The translations under genes were made by a program, and so were the position numbers. The notes under the pieces were generated by a model, which saw nothing but the letters and a program-made list of their open reading frames with translations, did no database searches and was not told the DNA's origin. From positions 3,040,001-3,104,000 of the forward strand of contig CP084167.1 in the NCBI GenBank assembly GCA_021513715.1: a DNA stretch of 64,000 nt, read 5' to 3'. This DNA comes from Candidatus Heimdallarchaeum endolithica (GTDB lineage: Archaea > Asgardarchaeota > Heimdallarchaeia > Heimdallarchaeales > Heimdallarchaeaceae). Each line of letters begins with the position of its first letter. Position 1 is the first letter of the stretch. Shown piece after piece: positions 8,501 through 16,793 of this stretch.

Positions 8501-10006
8501 AAAAGAAGAGAAATCATTTTTGAAGAGAAGATAAAGAGTATCAAATATGTTGGAAAGAAAGAAGTATATGATTTAACTGAACCAAAAACATTAAGTTTCA
8601 TTGCAAATGGAATTGTAAGTTTAGATTGCGGAGAGCAACCCCTTCTCTCTTATGAGTCTTGTAATCTAGGTTCTATTAATCTTGTAAAGCATGTTAACGA
8701 TGGAGCGATAGACTGGTCTCTACTTGAATCAACTATCCGTACAGCTGTTCGCTTTTTAGATAATGTAATCGATCGTAATGTTTACATTATTCCTGAAATA
8801 GAAGAGATGACTAAAGCTAATAGAAAGATTGGCCTTGGATTAATGGGTTTTGCTGATTTACTTGTCGAACTGGGTATAAGATATGATACAGAAGAAGCAT
8901 TAGAAATAGCTGAAAAAGTTATGTCTTTCATTCAAAAAGTAGGCAGAGATGAATCTGTCAAATTAGGTGAAGAAAGAGGTAGTTTTCCTAACTTTGATAG
9001 AAGTATTTACAGAGAAAAGTACAAAACCATGAGAAATGCAACAATCACAACAATCGCTCCTACAGGAACTATTTCTCTTATTGCTGGATGTTCAAGTGGT
9101 ATCGAACCTTATTATGCAATAGCTTTTGTGCGAAATATACTAGGTGGAAAGAAACTTTTTGAAATTAATCCCATTTTCGAAAAAATAGCTAAAGAGAAAG
9201 GATTCTACTCTGAAGAGCTTGTGGAAAAAATTTCTTCTGTTCATTCTATACAGAAAATAGAGGAAATACCAGAAGAAATTAGAAAATTGTTTGTAACAAG
9301 TCAAGATGTTTCCCCTGAATGGCATGTGAGAATCCAAGCAGCTTTTCAGAAGTATACAGATAATGCTACTAGTAAAACAATTAATTTCTCAAAAGAGGCT
9401 ACAAAAGAAGATATAGCAAAAGCTTACAAGCTTGCTCATAAGCTGGGGTGCAAAGGTGTAACAGTCTATCGTGATGGTTCAAGGAAATATCAAGTATTGT
9501 CTACAAAAACGAAAAAGAAGCAAAAAGAGAAGCAACATGTTGTTACTACAGCTAAAGTTGTACCTAGAGCCAGACCAGAAATAACAATTGGTAAAACACA
9601 CAAAGTTAGAAGTGGTTGTGGTAATCTTTACGTTACTGTTAATCAAGATGAAAATGGGGATATTTTTGAAGTCTTTGTTCAAGTAGGTAAATCTGGAGGA
9701 TGTATCACCTCTCAAAGTGAGGCAATTGGAAGATTAATTTCTCTTTCACTTCGTTCTCATGTTTCAGTTGAATCCATTGTGAGACAACTGTCAGGGATAC
9801 GCTGTCCTAACCCTAGTTTCTACAAAGGAAAAAGTATTCTCTCTTGCGCTGATGGTATAGCTTTAGTGCTTGAGCAATATATCAAAGGAAATCCTAACGT
9901 ACGTGAATCTAATGGCTCTATCGTTTGTCCTGATTGTGGAGGAGTTTTAGCTTTTTCTGAGGGTTGCTATACTTGTACAAGCTGTGGTTACAGTAAGTGT
10001 AGTTAA
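2519..10006 (+). CDS. nrdJ: Adenosylcobalamin-dependent (class II) ribonucleotide reductase precursor with five inteins and a C-terminal TSCPD-like/Zn-ribbon domain
   Basis: Extein motifs FLPNSPTLMNAG, QLSA/CFV, GGG/TG, SGPISF, RRGANMG, TNP/CGEQ, CNLGSINL, TIAPTGTIS, KGVTVYRDG, SCADG, CPDC..CTSC. Removing 1773 aa of inteins leaves about 722 aa. Confidence 0.97.
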   Translation: MADLELSENALTVLQKRYLLKNEKNEVIETPEQMFERVAKSIASNDEEKKEFYELMTSLRFLPNSPTLMNAGTKLGQLSACFTGEQVIITAEGNKQIRDIQIGDLVLTAEGNFRKVTQTMQRKVDKRYIIDVLKLPNSTLSVTEDHPILTYKDGKIKWSLVKELSKNDFVALSYPKEVEDISSINVIDYLSDKHYKVKDGVVVNKNIEVETESSEISVHKVPIKNKIEVDEDFLRFLGYYASVGESDKKIVRFSFSDKEMAYAEELITIAKRKFGLDTRVEILNENIVKVQFCSSIISEFIKKIIGDVNNKRVPIWILKLPPEKQENFVLGCFRDDNSLFSNGYMLNARLSACNDNLVYSIWIMLMRMGIVPNLDKSSIPKSETTYSYSPYISETKESNSFVEIHGKESKGSSQLSLQKLKHIVVNDTVFLPIQNIECIEEPVTVFNLEVEEEHTYVANFVSVHNCFVLPIDDSLPSIFDAVKKAALIHQSGGGCVAEGTVIPTEEFGFIPIEQISGFEKIPADEQGHDCEPFTVFSFDEDSESFKKGKVTKLWKFKKSKYLQVKFGKEGVIEVTHWHPFIVYVPSEEQKKEGNYTEKRADELKVGDLLVSPSTHRITETSGISDAHKVRVEEIKEIEEEKIFYDFTVEKYNNYLAGNKQFTVIHNTGFSFSNIRPKNDVVKTTGGVACFPEDVRIYTNKGLLTIKEIIQSDQPIKALTHDGFHEIINKYDNGEAEVYRLITSNGYSVKATSTHKFLTIENNELVLKPLNKLQEGDYVLLFSTFESVDEKEPFKLSPITDDGQTFDEIYLDEDLAYFIGLTYADGHIIDDGRHYSVRITLNKNQIRIIEKIKKIVKTKFDYDLKVYERKNVNKVELVLHGKRFVKLLKENNLLKEKCENIRIPELLFQSPRNVLNSFIAGYFDGDGHVSKSGRISIKTISKQMSEDFSLLITRLGVLSTTHISPPIYGIRRNKKSYRVSIPTALFKKRFVEQLSKYSIKLENYTLKEGSTNKLFSYPFNILTHIGNPSTRADISRTIIPYNRKNTYRKAILRILKNSDKYGLTPDEIAFLKKLENLYPIKIKSIKKEGIEHVYNLEVKNVHRLVANGFYVSNSGPISFMEVFNAATNTIKQGGCIAAESLVRTTNGVLPAGDLLNCPPLGENNTQELIYDGESYNNAFLSLDNGFADVLILETDLGLTLKATYNHLIATVYENGNIVWTEVEKIKKGDWVVVVLGGHIGQKIFLPKIENQHHNANPIKIPEQFNAELGEILGLYMADGFISTDGKIIFSVDNKDSDLIKRIEYLMKKVFNLKLGRIEDKQTYSDVIFYSRDLCDYFSKMNWKKESSSKAFVPKEIFISEPEIAKAFVRGLFEGDGNVHSDGYPRLYSTSKALIEQTQQLLLGLNIVSSVIKGEDRSKSLGDLSIYQLLIILERSVIKFKEEIGFISNRKKQLLESRFTCRNSKQIKNSKHFQQMSDPKYYFTKVIDIKENRTYTMDFEVPESSKFVANGFLVHNRRRGANMGILRVDHPDIMSWITCKEDQTKFTNFNISVAATSAFMQAVEENRDYDLINPRTKKVVGKLNATEVFNKIVEMAWKNGEPGIVFIDRMNEFNPTPEVGDIESTNPCVVGDSLISTEFGLMKMRDLVSKFPEGSVKIVTDNRVPQQILASGNQVQLLDTKTQGVSLNTITHAFSTGIKDVYKLTTVSGYELKATGDHKVLTNEGWVQVKDLDCKKYRIKIQSGEGVFNSVKELPFKVENEITGANGRKYSFNLPKTWSKELGHVLGWLVGDGWIRTGDKNRRVGFTFSKKDEEVLRYLKDVLNRWYNKQINEIKRETNVYHLSYHSKYFVDFFLKLGVKPVKSAKKVVPESMFLATKDAVIAFLQALFSADGTIRCSKKSSSEWIALSSKSKELLKGVQLLLLNLGIKSRIFDRTRKRREKTFKYIDKNGSLKYYNSDGILYELGIFGKNIDIFKEKINFLQEEKKEKLAKLKPRKRREIIFEEKIKSIKYVGKKEVYDLTEPKTLSFIANGIVSLDCGEQPLLSYESCNLGSINLVKHVNDGAIDWSLLESTIRTAVRFLDNVIDRNVYIIPEIEEMTKANRKIGLGLMGFADLLVELGIRYDTEEALEIAEKVMSFIQKVGRDESVKLGEERGSFPNFDRSIYREKYKTMRNATITTIAPTGTISLIAGCSSGIEPYYAIAFVRNILGGKKLFEINPIFEKIAKEKGFYSEELVEKISSVHSIQKIEEIPEEIRKLFVTSQDVSPEWHVRIQAAFQKYTDNATSKTINFSKEATKEDIAKAYKLAHKLGCKGVTVYRDGSRKYQVLSTKTKKKQKEKQHVVTTAKVVPRARPEITIGKTHKVRSGCGNLYVTVNQDENGDIFEVFVQVGKSGGCITSQSEAIGRLISLSLRSHVSVESIVRQLSGIRCPNPSFYKGKSILSCADGIALVLEQYIKGNPNVRESNGSIVCPDCGGVLAFSEGCYTCTSCGYSKCS
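2759..3913 (+). mobile_element. Intein 1 (385 aa), degenerate LAGLIDADG endonuclease
   Basis: QLSA|CFTGEQ...VTEDHP...FVSVHN|CFV. Endonuclease motifs eroded (LGYYASVG, LGCFRDDN). Confidence 0.92.
4001..4516 (+). mobile_element. Intein 2 (172 aa mini-intein)
   Basis: SGGG|CVAEGT...VTHWHPF...FTVIHN|TGF. No endonuclease domain. Confidence 0.92.
4583..5854 (+). mobile_element. Intein 3 (424 aa) with LAGLIDADG endonuclease
   Basis: GGVA|CFPEDV...ATSTHKF...IGLTYADG...IAGYFDGDG...GFYVSN|SGP. Confidence 0.92.
5918..7060 (+). mobile_element. Intein 4 (381 aa) with LAGLIDADG endonuclease; +1 residue is Arg
   Basis: KQGG|CIAAES...ATYNHL...LGLYMADG...VRGLFEGDG...GFLVHN|RRRGANMG. Confidence 0.9.
7394..8626 (+). 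mobile_element. Intein 5 (411 aa) with LAGLIDADG endonuclease; C-terminal Asp
   Basis: STNP|CVVGDS...ATGDHKV...LGWLVGDG...LQALFSADG...NGIVSLD|CGEQ. Confidence 0.9.
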
Positions 10007-10086
10007 TTTTGCAAAAAAATAATTTTTTTCTCTATACTTTCCTATTTTTCCAAAGATTTTTAATAATAATAGTGAAAGAAAGTTTA

Positions 10087-11145
10087 ATGTTAATTTGGTT
10101 TGATGCAGTAACGGCAAAGGAGCCATTGTTGTTTGATGCAATAGCTAAAGAATTGGAAAAAGAAGGACATTCAGTAATTTTTACCTGTAGAGAATATGAT
10201 TATGTTTCTTCACTTTTTGAACTGTTAGGACGAGACGTGGCTGTATTTGGAAAACATGGAGGAAAAACATTATATGGAAAGCTTATTGCAGGAAATGAAA
10301 GAATAAAGTTACTTGCTGATTATATTAATGATTTAGATAAAAAACCAGATTATCATATATGTTTTGGTTGCCCAGAGTCAACAAGAGTAGCATTTGGACT
10401 AGGTATTCCTGTAATTAATATTAATGATTCTCCACATGCTTGGGCAGTAGCTAAATTAACTATTCCTTTATCGAAATATTTAGTATATAGTGGTTGTATA
10501 AAAGAAGAAGAGTGGTTAAAGTTGGGTGCAGTAAAAGAGCAATTGTACCCATATGACGGAATAGATGAAGTTGCTTGGTTAAAATCGTTTGAACCTAATG
10601 AAGAAGTTCTTTCACTATTGGGTCTATCTAAAGAAGATCACTTTATTGTTGCAAGACCAGAAGAAAGCAGTGCAGCTTATATGTTGAACGATAACATTAC
10701 TTCTTCAACTTATTTAGATGTTATTCTGGATGCGTTATTAAAAATATATAAAGGAAAAGTAGTAGTTTTTCCAAGATATCAAAAACAAAAAGAATTGCTG
10801 CAAGAACGCTATAAAGAAAAAATCATTGTACCACCTAAAGCTGTCGATACTCTCTCACTTTATTATTATGCTGATTTATGTATAACGGGTGGGGCAACAA
10901 TGGCAAGGGAATCTGCAGCTATAGGAACTCCAGCGATATCATATTTTCCTAGAGAACTCGCTGTGCTAAAACACATATCAAAGACAGGAATCCCTCTTTA
11001 TAATGAATACACAATTTCTGACGCAATAAAAAAAGCAAAAGATCTATTATTCTCTAATAATAAAGAAAAACAGAGAAAAAAAACAAAAAAGATACTATCA
11101 CAAATGGAGTCTCCAGTAGACAAAGTAATAGAGCTGATTAAATAA
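10087..11145 (+). CDS. DUF354 family (GT-B fold-like) protein
   Basis: IWFD start, GKHGG, GGATMARESAAIGTP. ATG at 10087 preferred over the track's start at 10009. Confidence 0.8.
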   Translation: MLIWFDAVTAKEPLLFDAIAKELEKEGHSVIFTCREYDYVSSLFELLGRDVAVFGKHGGKTLYGKLIAGNERIKLLADYINDLDKKPDYHICFGCPESTRVAFGLGIPVININDSPHAWAVAKLTIPLSKYLVYSGCIKEEEWLKLGAVKEQLYPYDGIDEVAWLKSFEPNEEVLSLLGLSKEDHFIVARPEESSAAYMLNDNITSSTYLDVILDALLKIYKGKVVVFPRYQKQKELLQERYKEKIIVPPKAVDTLSLYYYADLCITGGATMARESAAIGTPAISYFPRELAVLKHISKTGIPLYNEYTISDAIKKAKDLLFSNNKEKQRKKTKKILSQMESPVDKVIELIK

Positions 11146-11224
11146 ACGAAATTTAATCTTTTATTTTCTTATAAAAATAACGTTGTTGCAAAAAATTTAA
11201 TTTATCTTTGTTTATTTACAAAGT

Positions 11225-12385
11225 ATGAAGTTTTTTTCAGAAAAATTGAACAATATAAAACCAAGTGGAATAAGAGAACTTTTTGCTAAAGCACAAGGAA
11301 TAGAAGGAGTAATATCTTTAGGAATAGGAGCTCCAGATATAGAAACTCCCAAGAAATTAAAAGAAGCTTTAGTTGAAGCTGTTTTAAATAATTTCAATAA
11401 TTATGATCAAACACCTGGAAATGTTCAATTGAGAGAAGAGATAGTTCAAAAATATAAGCAAGAATATAATATGGACTATGACAAAAACAATGGAGTAATT
11501 GTAACTTCTGGTGGAGTAGAACTAATTTACCTGGCCTTACAAGCATTTTTGAAAAAAGGAGAGGAAGTGTTAATTCAAGACCCATGCTTTCTGACCTATC
11601 CTCGTCAGATAATTCTGGCAGGAGGAACACCTGTTTGGGTTAAATCCACATCTGATTTTAAAATGGATTTGGAATCAGTGAAGGAGAGTATTACTGATAA
11701 AACCAAAGCAATTATGCTTAATTTTCCCAATAATCCAACAGGAGCAATGATGGACAGAAATGAGTTGAAAGCAATAGTAGATTTAGCTGTTGACAATGAT
11801 TTGATTATTTTAAGTGATGAAGTTTATGAATATTACGTGTTTGATAACAAAGAACATGTACATGTTGCTTCAATAGGTGATGCTTATCACAATACTATCA
11901 CAATTAATTCTTTTTCAAAGTCCTTTTGTGTACCTGGGTGGAGAATGGGTTACGGTGTCTCAACTCCTGAGCTTATAGGGCCAATATTGGGTTACCATTC
12001 TTTTGTTGTAGCAAATGCAACCACTCCTACTCAAGTAGCTTTGGCAAATTATATAAATTCAGAGGATGCAAAAATCTTTAGAGAAAAAATCAGAGAAACA
12101 TTCCAAAAAAGGAGAGATAAAATAGTAAAGGGCTTGAATTCTATTTCAGGAATAGAAGCTCATAATTCATCTGGATCATTCTATGCATATTTTAATGTCT
12201 CTGGTTTGGATATGACAGGAGAAGAATTTTCTGATTTTGCATTTAAAAAAGCAAAAGTAGTTTTTGTTCCTGGAACAGAGTTTGGACAAGAAGAAAGCCA
12301 AAAAACCTTCTTAAGAGCAAGTTTCGGTTCTGTAGATGAAGAAAAAATAGAGCAAGTGATTGAAAGATTAACGAAACTTTTATGA
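11225..12385 (+). CDS. PLP-dependent class I/II aminotransferase
   Basis: NFPNNPTG, SDEVY, NSFSKSFCVPGWRMG. Confidence 0.93.
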   Translation: MKFFSEKLNNIKPSGIRELFAKAQGIEGVISLGIGAPDIETPKKLKEALVEAVLNNFNNYDQTPGNVQLREEIVQKYKQEYNMDYDKNNGVIVTSGGVELIYLALQAFLKKGEEVLIQDPCFLTYPRQIILAGGTPVWVKSTSDFKMDLESVKESITDKTKAIMLNFPNNPTGAMMDRNELKAIVDLAVDNDLIILSDEVYEYYVFDNKEHVHVASIGDAYHNTITINSFSKSFCVPGWRMGYGVSTPELIGPILGYHSFVVANATTPTQVALANYINSEDAKIFREKIRETFQKRRDKIVKGLNSISGIEAHNSSGSFYAYFNVSGLDMTGEEFSDFAFKKAKVVFVPGTEFGQEESQKTFLRASFGSVDEEKIEQVIERLTKLL

Positions 12386-12600
12386 GTTTAAAAGAGAAAA
12401 GGAATATGAAAAAGATGAGTGAAAAAAAGCAAGAACTAGATTTTTATTGTAAATTCTGTGATAAAGTAACAACGCAAGTATTTGTTGGAGCAGATAGAAA
12501 AAGAACTTTCACTATAACTTTCTATTGTCCTAGCTGCGGGAGTTATCACACCTTTGAATTCTTCGGTTCACAGTTTGCGCAACCTACTGATTTAGAATAA
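12382..12600 (+). CDS. Small Zn-ribbon protein
   Basis: CKFC...CPSC. ATGA overlap with the aminotransferase stop, although the real start may be a downstream Met. Confidence 0.6.
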   Translation: MSLKEKRNMKKMSEKKQELDFYCKFCDKVTTQVFVGADRKRTFTITFYCPSCGSYHTFEFFGSQFAQPTDLE

Positions 12601-12615
12601 TAATTCTTTTTTTTA

Positions 12616-13400
12616 GGATTGTGATTAAGTAATTGTAACTATGAAGATAATATCTAGTTTTTATACCACCTCCTAGGCAAAAAGGAACTAAGGGGTGAAG
12701 TCCCAAGCTCTGATGAGGATGAACGAAATTATAATGGAGCATAAAGAGAGTATGGAAACAAGAAAGATGAGTAGAACTATAGACGGCACGGATAAGACAA
12801 GTGCAGTGGAGAATAGAATGAAACCAACGATAACTCTTAAGGTATCATTAAAACGTTCAATATAGGAGCGTAAACCACCTTTGATAACAGAGATTTTGAT
12901 ACCTAGACGAAGTAAGACTGGATATCATATACCATACCCCTGCATCTGTAACAACAATACGCGGCTTAAAACCCCATACCAACATTTGAATTAATAACGG
13001 AAAGTTAGTAAACATTCAAGATTACTCCGTCCCTTAGTAATACTAAAACCCAGTAAAGTCTTGTTATAAGGATGGAACTAACGCGAACCACAAATATATT
13101 GAGCCTTGAGAGGTCTTAATCTCCGTTTCATCTACTACTATAATCTCTGGTATTCCCCCTCTCTCTGCTACAACTCTATGTAAACTTTCCCTAAAGAGCC
13201 TGAACTTCTTTACTCAATACCATAACACTATTGTTTGGTGTGTTAAACTATTCTTCCATCCTACTGTCCTCAACCCATTCTTTGAACCAATCTATTCCTA
13301 AATTGCTTTTATTATTATCTTTTTGGGGACTCTGCATCTCTTAAAAAAAGTAGATAGTTTTTGAATTTTCATATCTTGCTATTAGAGTCCCCACAACTAT
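12616..13400 (-). pseudogene. Decayed IS6-family DDE transposase / IS relic
   Basis: Minus-strand fragments across frameshifts and stops from ATG 13372: MKIQKLSTFFKRCRVPKKIIIKAI, HQTIVLWY*VKKF, IIVVDETEIK..IYLWFAL, KPRIVVTDAGVWY, YIERFNDTL, HYNFVHPHQSLG. Element ends approximate. Confidence 0.8.
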
Positions 13401-13502
13401 TTTTGTCGGAAGAAAATTAGACGTACCAACTTATAAATATCGTTATGTTTATATTCTAGAAACTGTATATATTTTAATAGAACCTTAATGGGGTTTGAAC
13501 TT

Positions 13503-16500
13503 ATGAATAAAAAAATATTTTTAGCGATAGCAATAATTATTGCATTATTGCCAATTTATCATTCTGGGGTTAACACTCAAGCAACAACTCAACCAGTTGT
13601 TAATAACAATCAAATAACTCCTGAAGAAATTGGTATAGGAAGTAAACTAATCTATCAAATTACGCAATTTGAACTAGGTTCTGGCTTTGATCAATTGTTA
13701 CAAGAGATAACTCAGGATCCAGAAACACCAGAAATAGAAATTGGCTATGATGGTAGTTTAGTAGGAAGCGAAGTATGGTTTTACATTACTCTTGAAGATG
13801 AATTACAACTCTTTCAATATGATTATTCTGATGATTATTCCAAAGAAAATATTACTCAAAAGGATGCAATGCAAGTTTTAGCTGGAGTGCAATTAGGTGA
13901 TGATTTATCAGCTTTTGCAAATCTATCTCAACTATCCTACCCAGATGATGCTGTAAGACAAGATTCTGCTTATTACTATGATTCTTGGCCAATGTCTCAT
14001 TTTGACACACCAATAACAAGTGACGATTTCTGGGACGGATTTAGTGAGGGTTTTATTGATGGCTTTAATTGGGGATTCAATGATGAAGTAAATGCATACG
14101 GTTGGGCTTGGTTTGAATGGCCTGAACCAGATCATTATAATGATATTTTCTGGTTTGCAAGACAATTCGGAGAAATATGGGGATATGAAACAGGACGCGA
14201 AGCAGGATATTTAGCCGTAGAAGAAGATTCAGATGACCCTTGGGGAACAAGTTGGTTTGATGCAGAAACAGCAGAAGGAGCTTTTAAAGTAGGTTTCTTA
14301 GAAGCTAGAGACGACGGATATAACAAAGGAAGAGATGATTATACAACTGATAGAATACCAGAAAAAGTTTGGACTAATCCTTATGATACAGCTAACCTAG
14401 TCAATTTAGGTAAAAAACATGGATACAACAATGCTTGGCCAATGTATTATGATGCAGGTTTCTTATATGAAGGAGCTCAAGAATATTTCAATGACGATAT
14501 TTATTGGGAGTTATATGCAGAAATGTGGAATACTTATCCTGCAGGTTATGTAGATGGGTTCTCAGATGGTTATGCGGAAGGTACCAATGATGGACAATAT
14601 GACCATGATTATGGAAGCTATGGAGATAATTTTGAAACTCCTGAAGGATACTGGGATCCCCGTGGAGATTATGAATGGGGATATAATGCTGGTTTAGAAG
14701 ACGGTTATCAATATGGATATGATGATGGCTACAATATGGTATACGACTATGGAGACTTTATTAATGGAATGTATAATTATATCTGGCAAGCACATGAAGA
14801 TGGTTTTCAAGTTGGAGCTCAAGATTACATAAATAATCTTGGTTATGATAATTCAACATTCACCTTACCTTATTCCAGTCCAGCTAACATGTTTGAAGAG
14901 GGATGCAACTTCATTTATGAAATGATGTACCTTGAAGCTTATGATGATGGATGGAAATATGCTTTTCTTACAGATAGAGATGGAGACGATATGAACTGGT
15001 TAGAGCATGAAGGACCATTCTATTACATGTATTTACCTGATTTAATCTTATCTTTAGAATCTGGTTCAATTATACCTGTTCCTACAGATATGATAATGTT
15101 CAAGGAATTGAATATTAGTCTGATGGATTATGATATTGATTATGAATACGGAGAAAATACTGACCTCTTTTCAGAACACATGTCACCCTTTAGCATTTAT
15201 GCTCCAGAAAGTGATTGGACAGAACTAGATACTTGGGATTGGGATTTTGACCCAGATAGTGACATGCCTGGAGTAACTACCACTATTGATGGAGACATAT
15301 TCGAAATGATTGTTAATTGGGAAGAAGAAGATGGAGACATAGCCTTTGAATTAACAATCCGTTATGATATGACCACTAGTGTTTTACAATACACTGGTTT
15401 TAGTGTAGATTTCACAACTGAAACAGATATGTACCTTAATGTAGCAATGGAGTATGAATCAGATACACAAATTAACTTACCAACACCAGATCCAACTTCA
15501 TGGTCTTATCTAATAGATACATTTAGCTTTAATTATGAATTACCAGATGATGCTCCACCAGAAGTTTCTGATGGTTTAGATGAGTTCAAGAATGGAGGAG
15601 AAGATGCTGTTGGAGAAGAATTTATGGACATTGATTGGATTCAACATATTGGTTTATGGAATGAATACAATGTTACATTAAAAGATCCTAACAATCCATC
15701 TGATACATCTGATACAGTTGGTGTAATGCAACCCTGTTTGAGTCCTGGTCTGCAAATATTACCTGATTGGGACCTTTGGGGAGGAATTATGCAAACTGGA
15801 GATTCATACCTAGCTATGTCAGAATGGATAGGTAATGCAATGGACTTACTAAGTGATGCTAATCCAACCTTTGATGCATTTAGACACGATCTATACTACG
15901 ATATGAGTACATATCATGATTCAACTAACAACGTAATGTACCTTTATGCTGGTATCTCTGGAGCTTACGAATTACGTGTTGAAATGCTAAATGGAGACTG
16001 GGAGTGGGAAGAAACAACTGTTTCTCTATACTTCAAACTTGTTATTTGGACAGCTTTTGATTATACTACTGGTATTTTCCTAGGTGCTGGTGTAGAAGGA
16101 ACAGTAGATGAAACATTCACTTCAGATATTCCAACATCACCTCAATTTACACTATATGCAGATATTGACATCAGAATTAGAGCAGATTTAATATCCAGTC
16201 TAGCAAGTATTACTGATATTCTCACATTTGCAGAAATGCCAGGAAAAGACACTGATGCTCCTGTTATATCTGATGTAACTTATAGTCCAGATAAACCTAC
16301 TGAAGAAGATACTATTGTTATTAGTGCTAATGTTACAGATGAAAGCGGAGTTTGTTCAGTTATCTTACACTATAAGAATGGTACATCTGATTGGCAAGAA
16401 ATAGAAATGGTTGATGATGGCACTGGTGTTTACAGCGCTGAAATAGGCCCATTCTCTGCTGATACAGTTGTAGAGTTTTACATTACTGCAACTGATATGA

Positions 16501-16670
16501 CAGTTGATCAAAATGAAGCTGTAGATAATAATGGAGGAGCAAATTACACAATTGAAATAAAAGGAAAAGGTGTCCTTGGAATTGGATTCAATTTTGTAGA
16601 TGTTCTCATTATGGGTCTAGGATTAATCAGTATAGCTTCTCTCCTTACATTAGTAAAGAGACGAAAATAA
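13503..16670 (+). CDS. Large acidic cell-surface protein with Gly/Tyr/Asp helical repeats, Ig-like domain and C-terminal membrane anchor
   Basis: Signal peptide MNKKIFLAIAIIIALLP, repeated GY.DGF..GY..G, DTDAPVISDV...ANVTDESGV Ig-like unit, TM plus KRRK. Confidence 0.8.
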   Translation: MNKKIFLAIAIIIALLPIYHSGVNTQATTQPVVNNNQITPEEIGIGSKLIYQITQFELGSGFDQLLQEITQDPETPEIEIGYDGSLVGSEVWFYITLEDELQLFQYDYSDDYSKENITQKDAMQVLAGVQLGDDLSAFANLSQLSYPDDAVRQDSAYYYDSWPMSHFDTPITSDDFWDGFSEGFIDGFNWGFNDEVNAYGWAWFEWPEPDHYNDIFWFARQFGEIWGYETGREAGYLAVEEDSDDPWGTSWFDAETAEGAFKVGFLEARDDGYNKGRDDYTTDRIPEKVWTNPYDTANLVNLGKKHGYNNAWPMYYDAGFLYEGAQEYFNDDIYWELYAEMWNTYPAGYVDGFSDGYAEGTNDGQYDHDYGSYGDNFETPEGYWDPRGDYEWGYNAGLEDGYQYGYDDGYNMVYDYGDFINGMYNYIWQAHEDGFQVGAQDYINNLGYDNSTFTLPYSSPANMFEEGCNFIYEMMYLEAYDDGWKYAFLTDRDGDDMNWLEHEGPFYYMYLPDLILSLESGSIIPVPTDMIMFKELNISLMDYDIDYEYGENTDLFSEHMSPFSIYAPESDWTELDTWDWDFDPDSDMPGVTTTIDGDIFEMIVNWEEEDGDIAFELTIRYDMTTSVLQYTGFSVDFTTETDMYLNVAMEYESDTQINLPTPDPTSWSYLIDTFSFNYELPDDAPPEVSDGLDEFKNGGEDAVGEEFMDIDWIQHIGLWNEYNVTLKDPNNPSDTSDTVGVMQPCLSPGLQILPDWDLWGGIMQTGDSYLAMSEWIGNAMDLLSDANPTFDAFRHDLYYDMSTYHDSTNNVMYLYAGISGAYELRVEMLNGDWEWEETTVSLYFKLVIWTAFDYTTGIFLGAGVEGTVDETFTSDIPTSPQFTLYADIDIRIRADLISSLASITDILTFAEMPGKDTDAPVISDVTYSPDKPTEEDTIVISANVTDESGVCSVILHYKNGTSDWQEIEMVDDGTGVYSAEIGPFSADTVVEFYITATDMTVDQNEAVDNNGGANYTIEIKGKGVLGIGFNFVDVLIMGLGLISIASLLTLVKRRK

Positions 16671-16793
16671 AAAATTACAATAATTTTTTTCTTTTTTTCT
16701 TTTTATTTTTCATTTATTTTTAATTAGATTTGAAATTGCCAGTGAAAAAGAAAACTGAAATAAAAATAAAAAAGAAAGGAAAGATAAATGAAA
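16671..16793. terminator. Bidirectional oligo-T terminator region between convergent genes
   Basis: T-tracts on + at about 16684-16721 and A-tracts (T on -) at about 16745-16790. Confidence 0.5.

Noticed and set aside
12705-12740. Hammerhead-ribozyme-like core (CTGATGAG...CGAAA)
   Set aside because: Stem II is a single pair, the cleavage triplet would be AUG (not NUH) and stem I is out of register. The text is the antisense of the transposase motif YNFVHPHQS.
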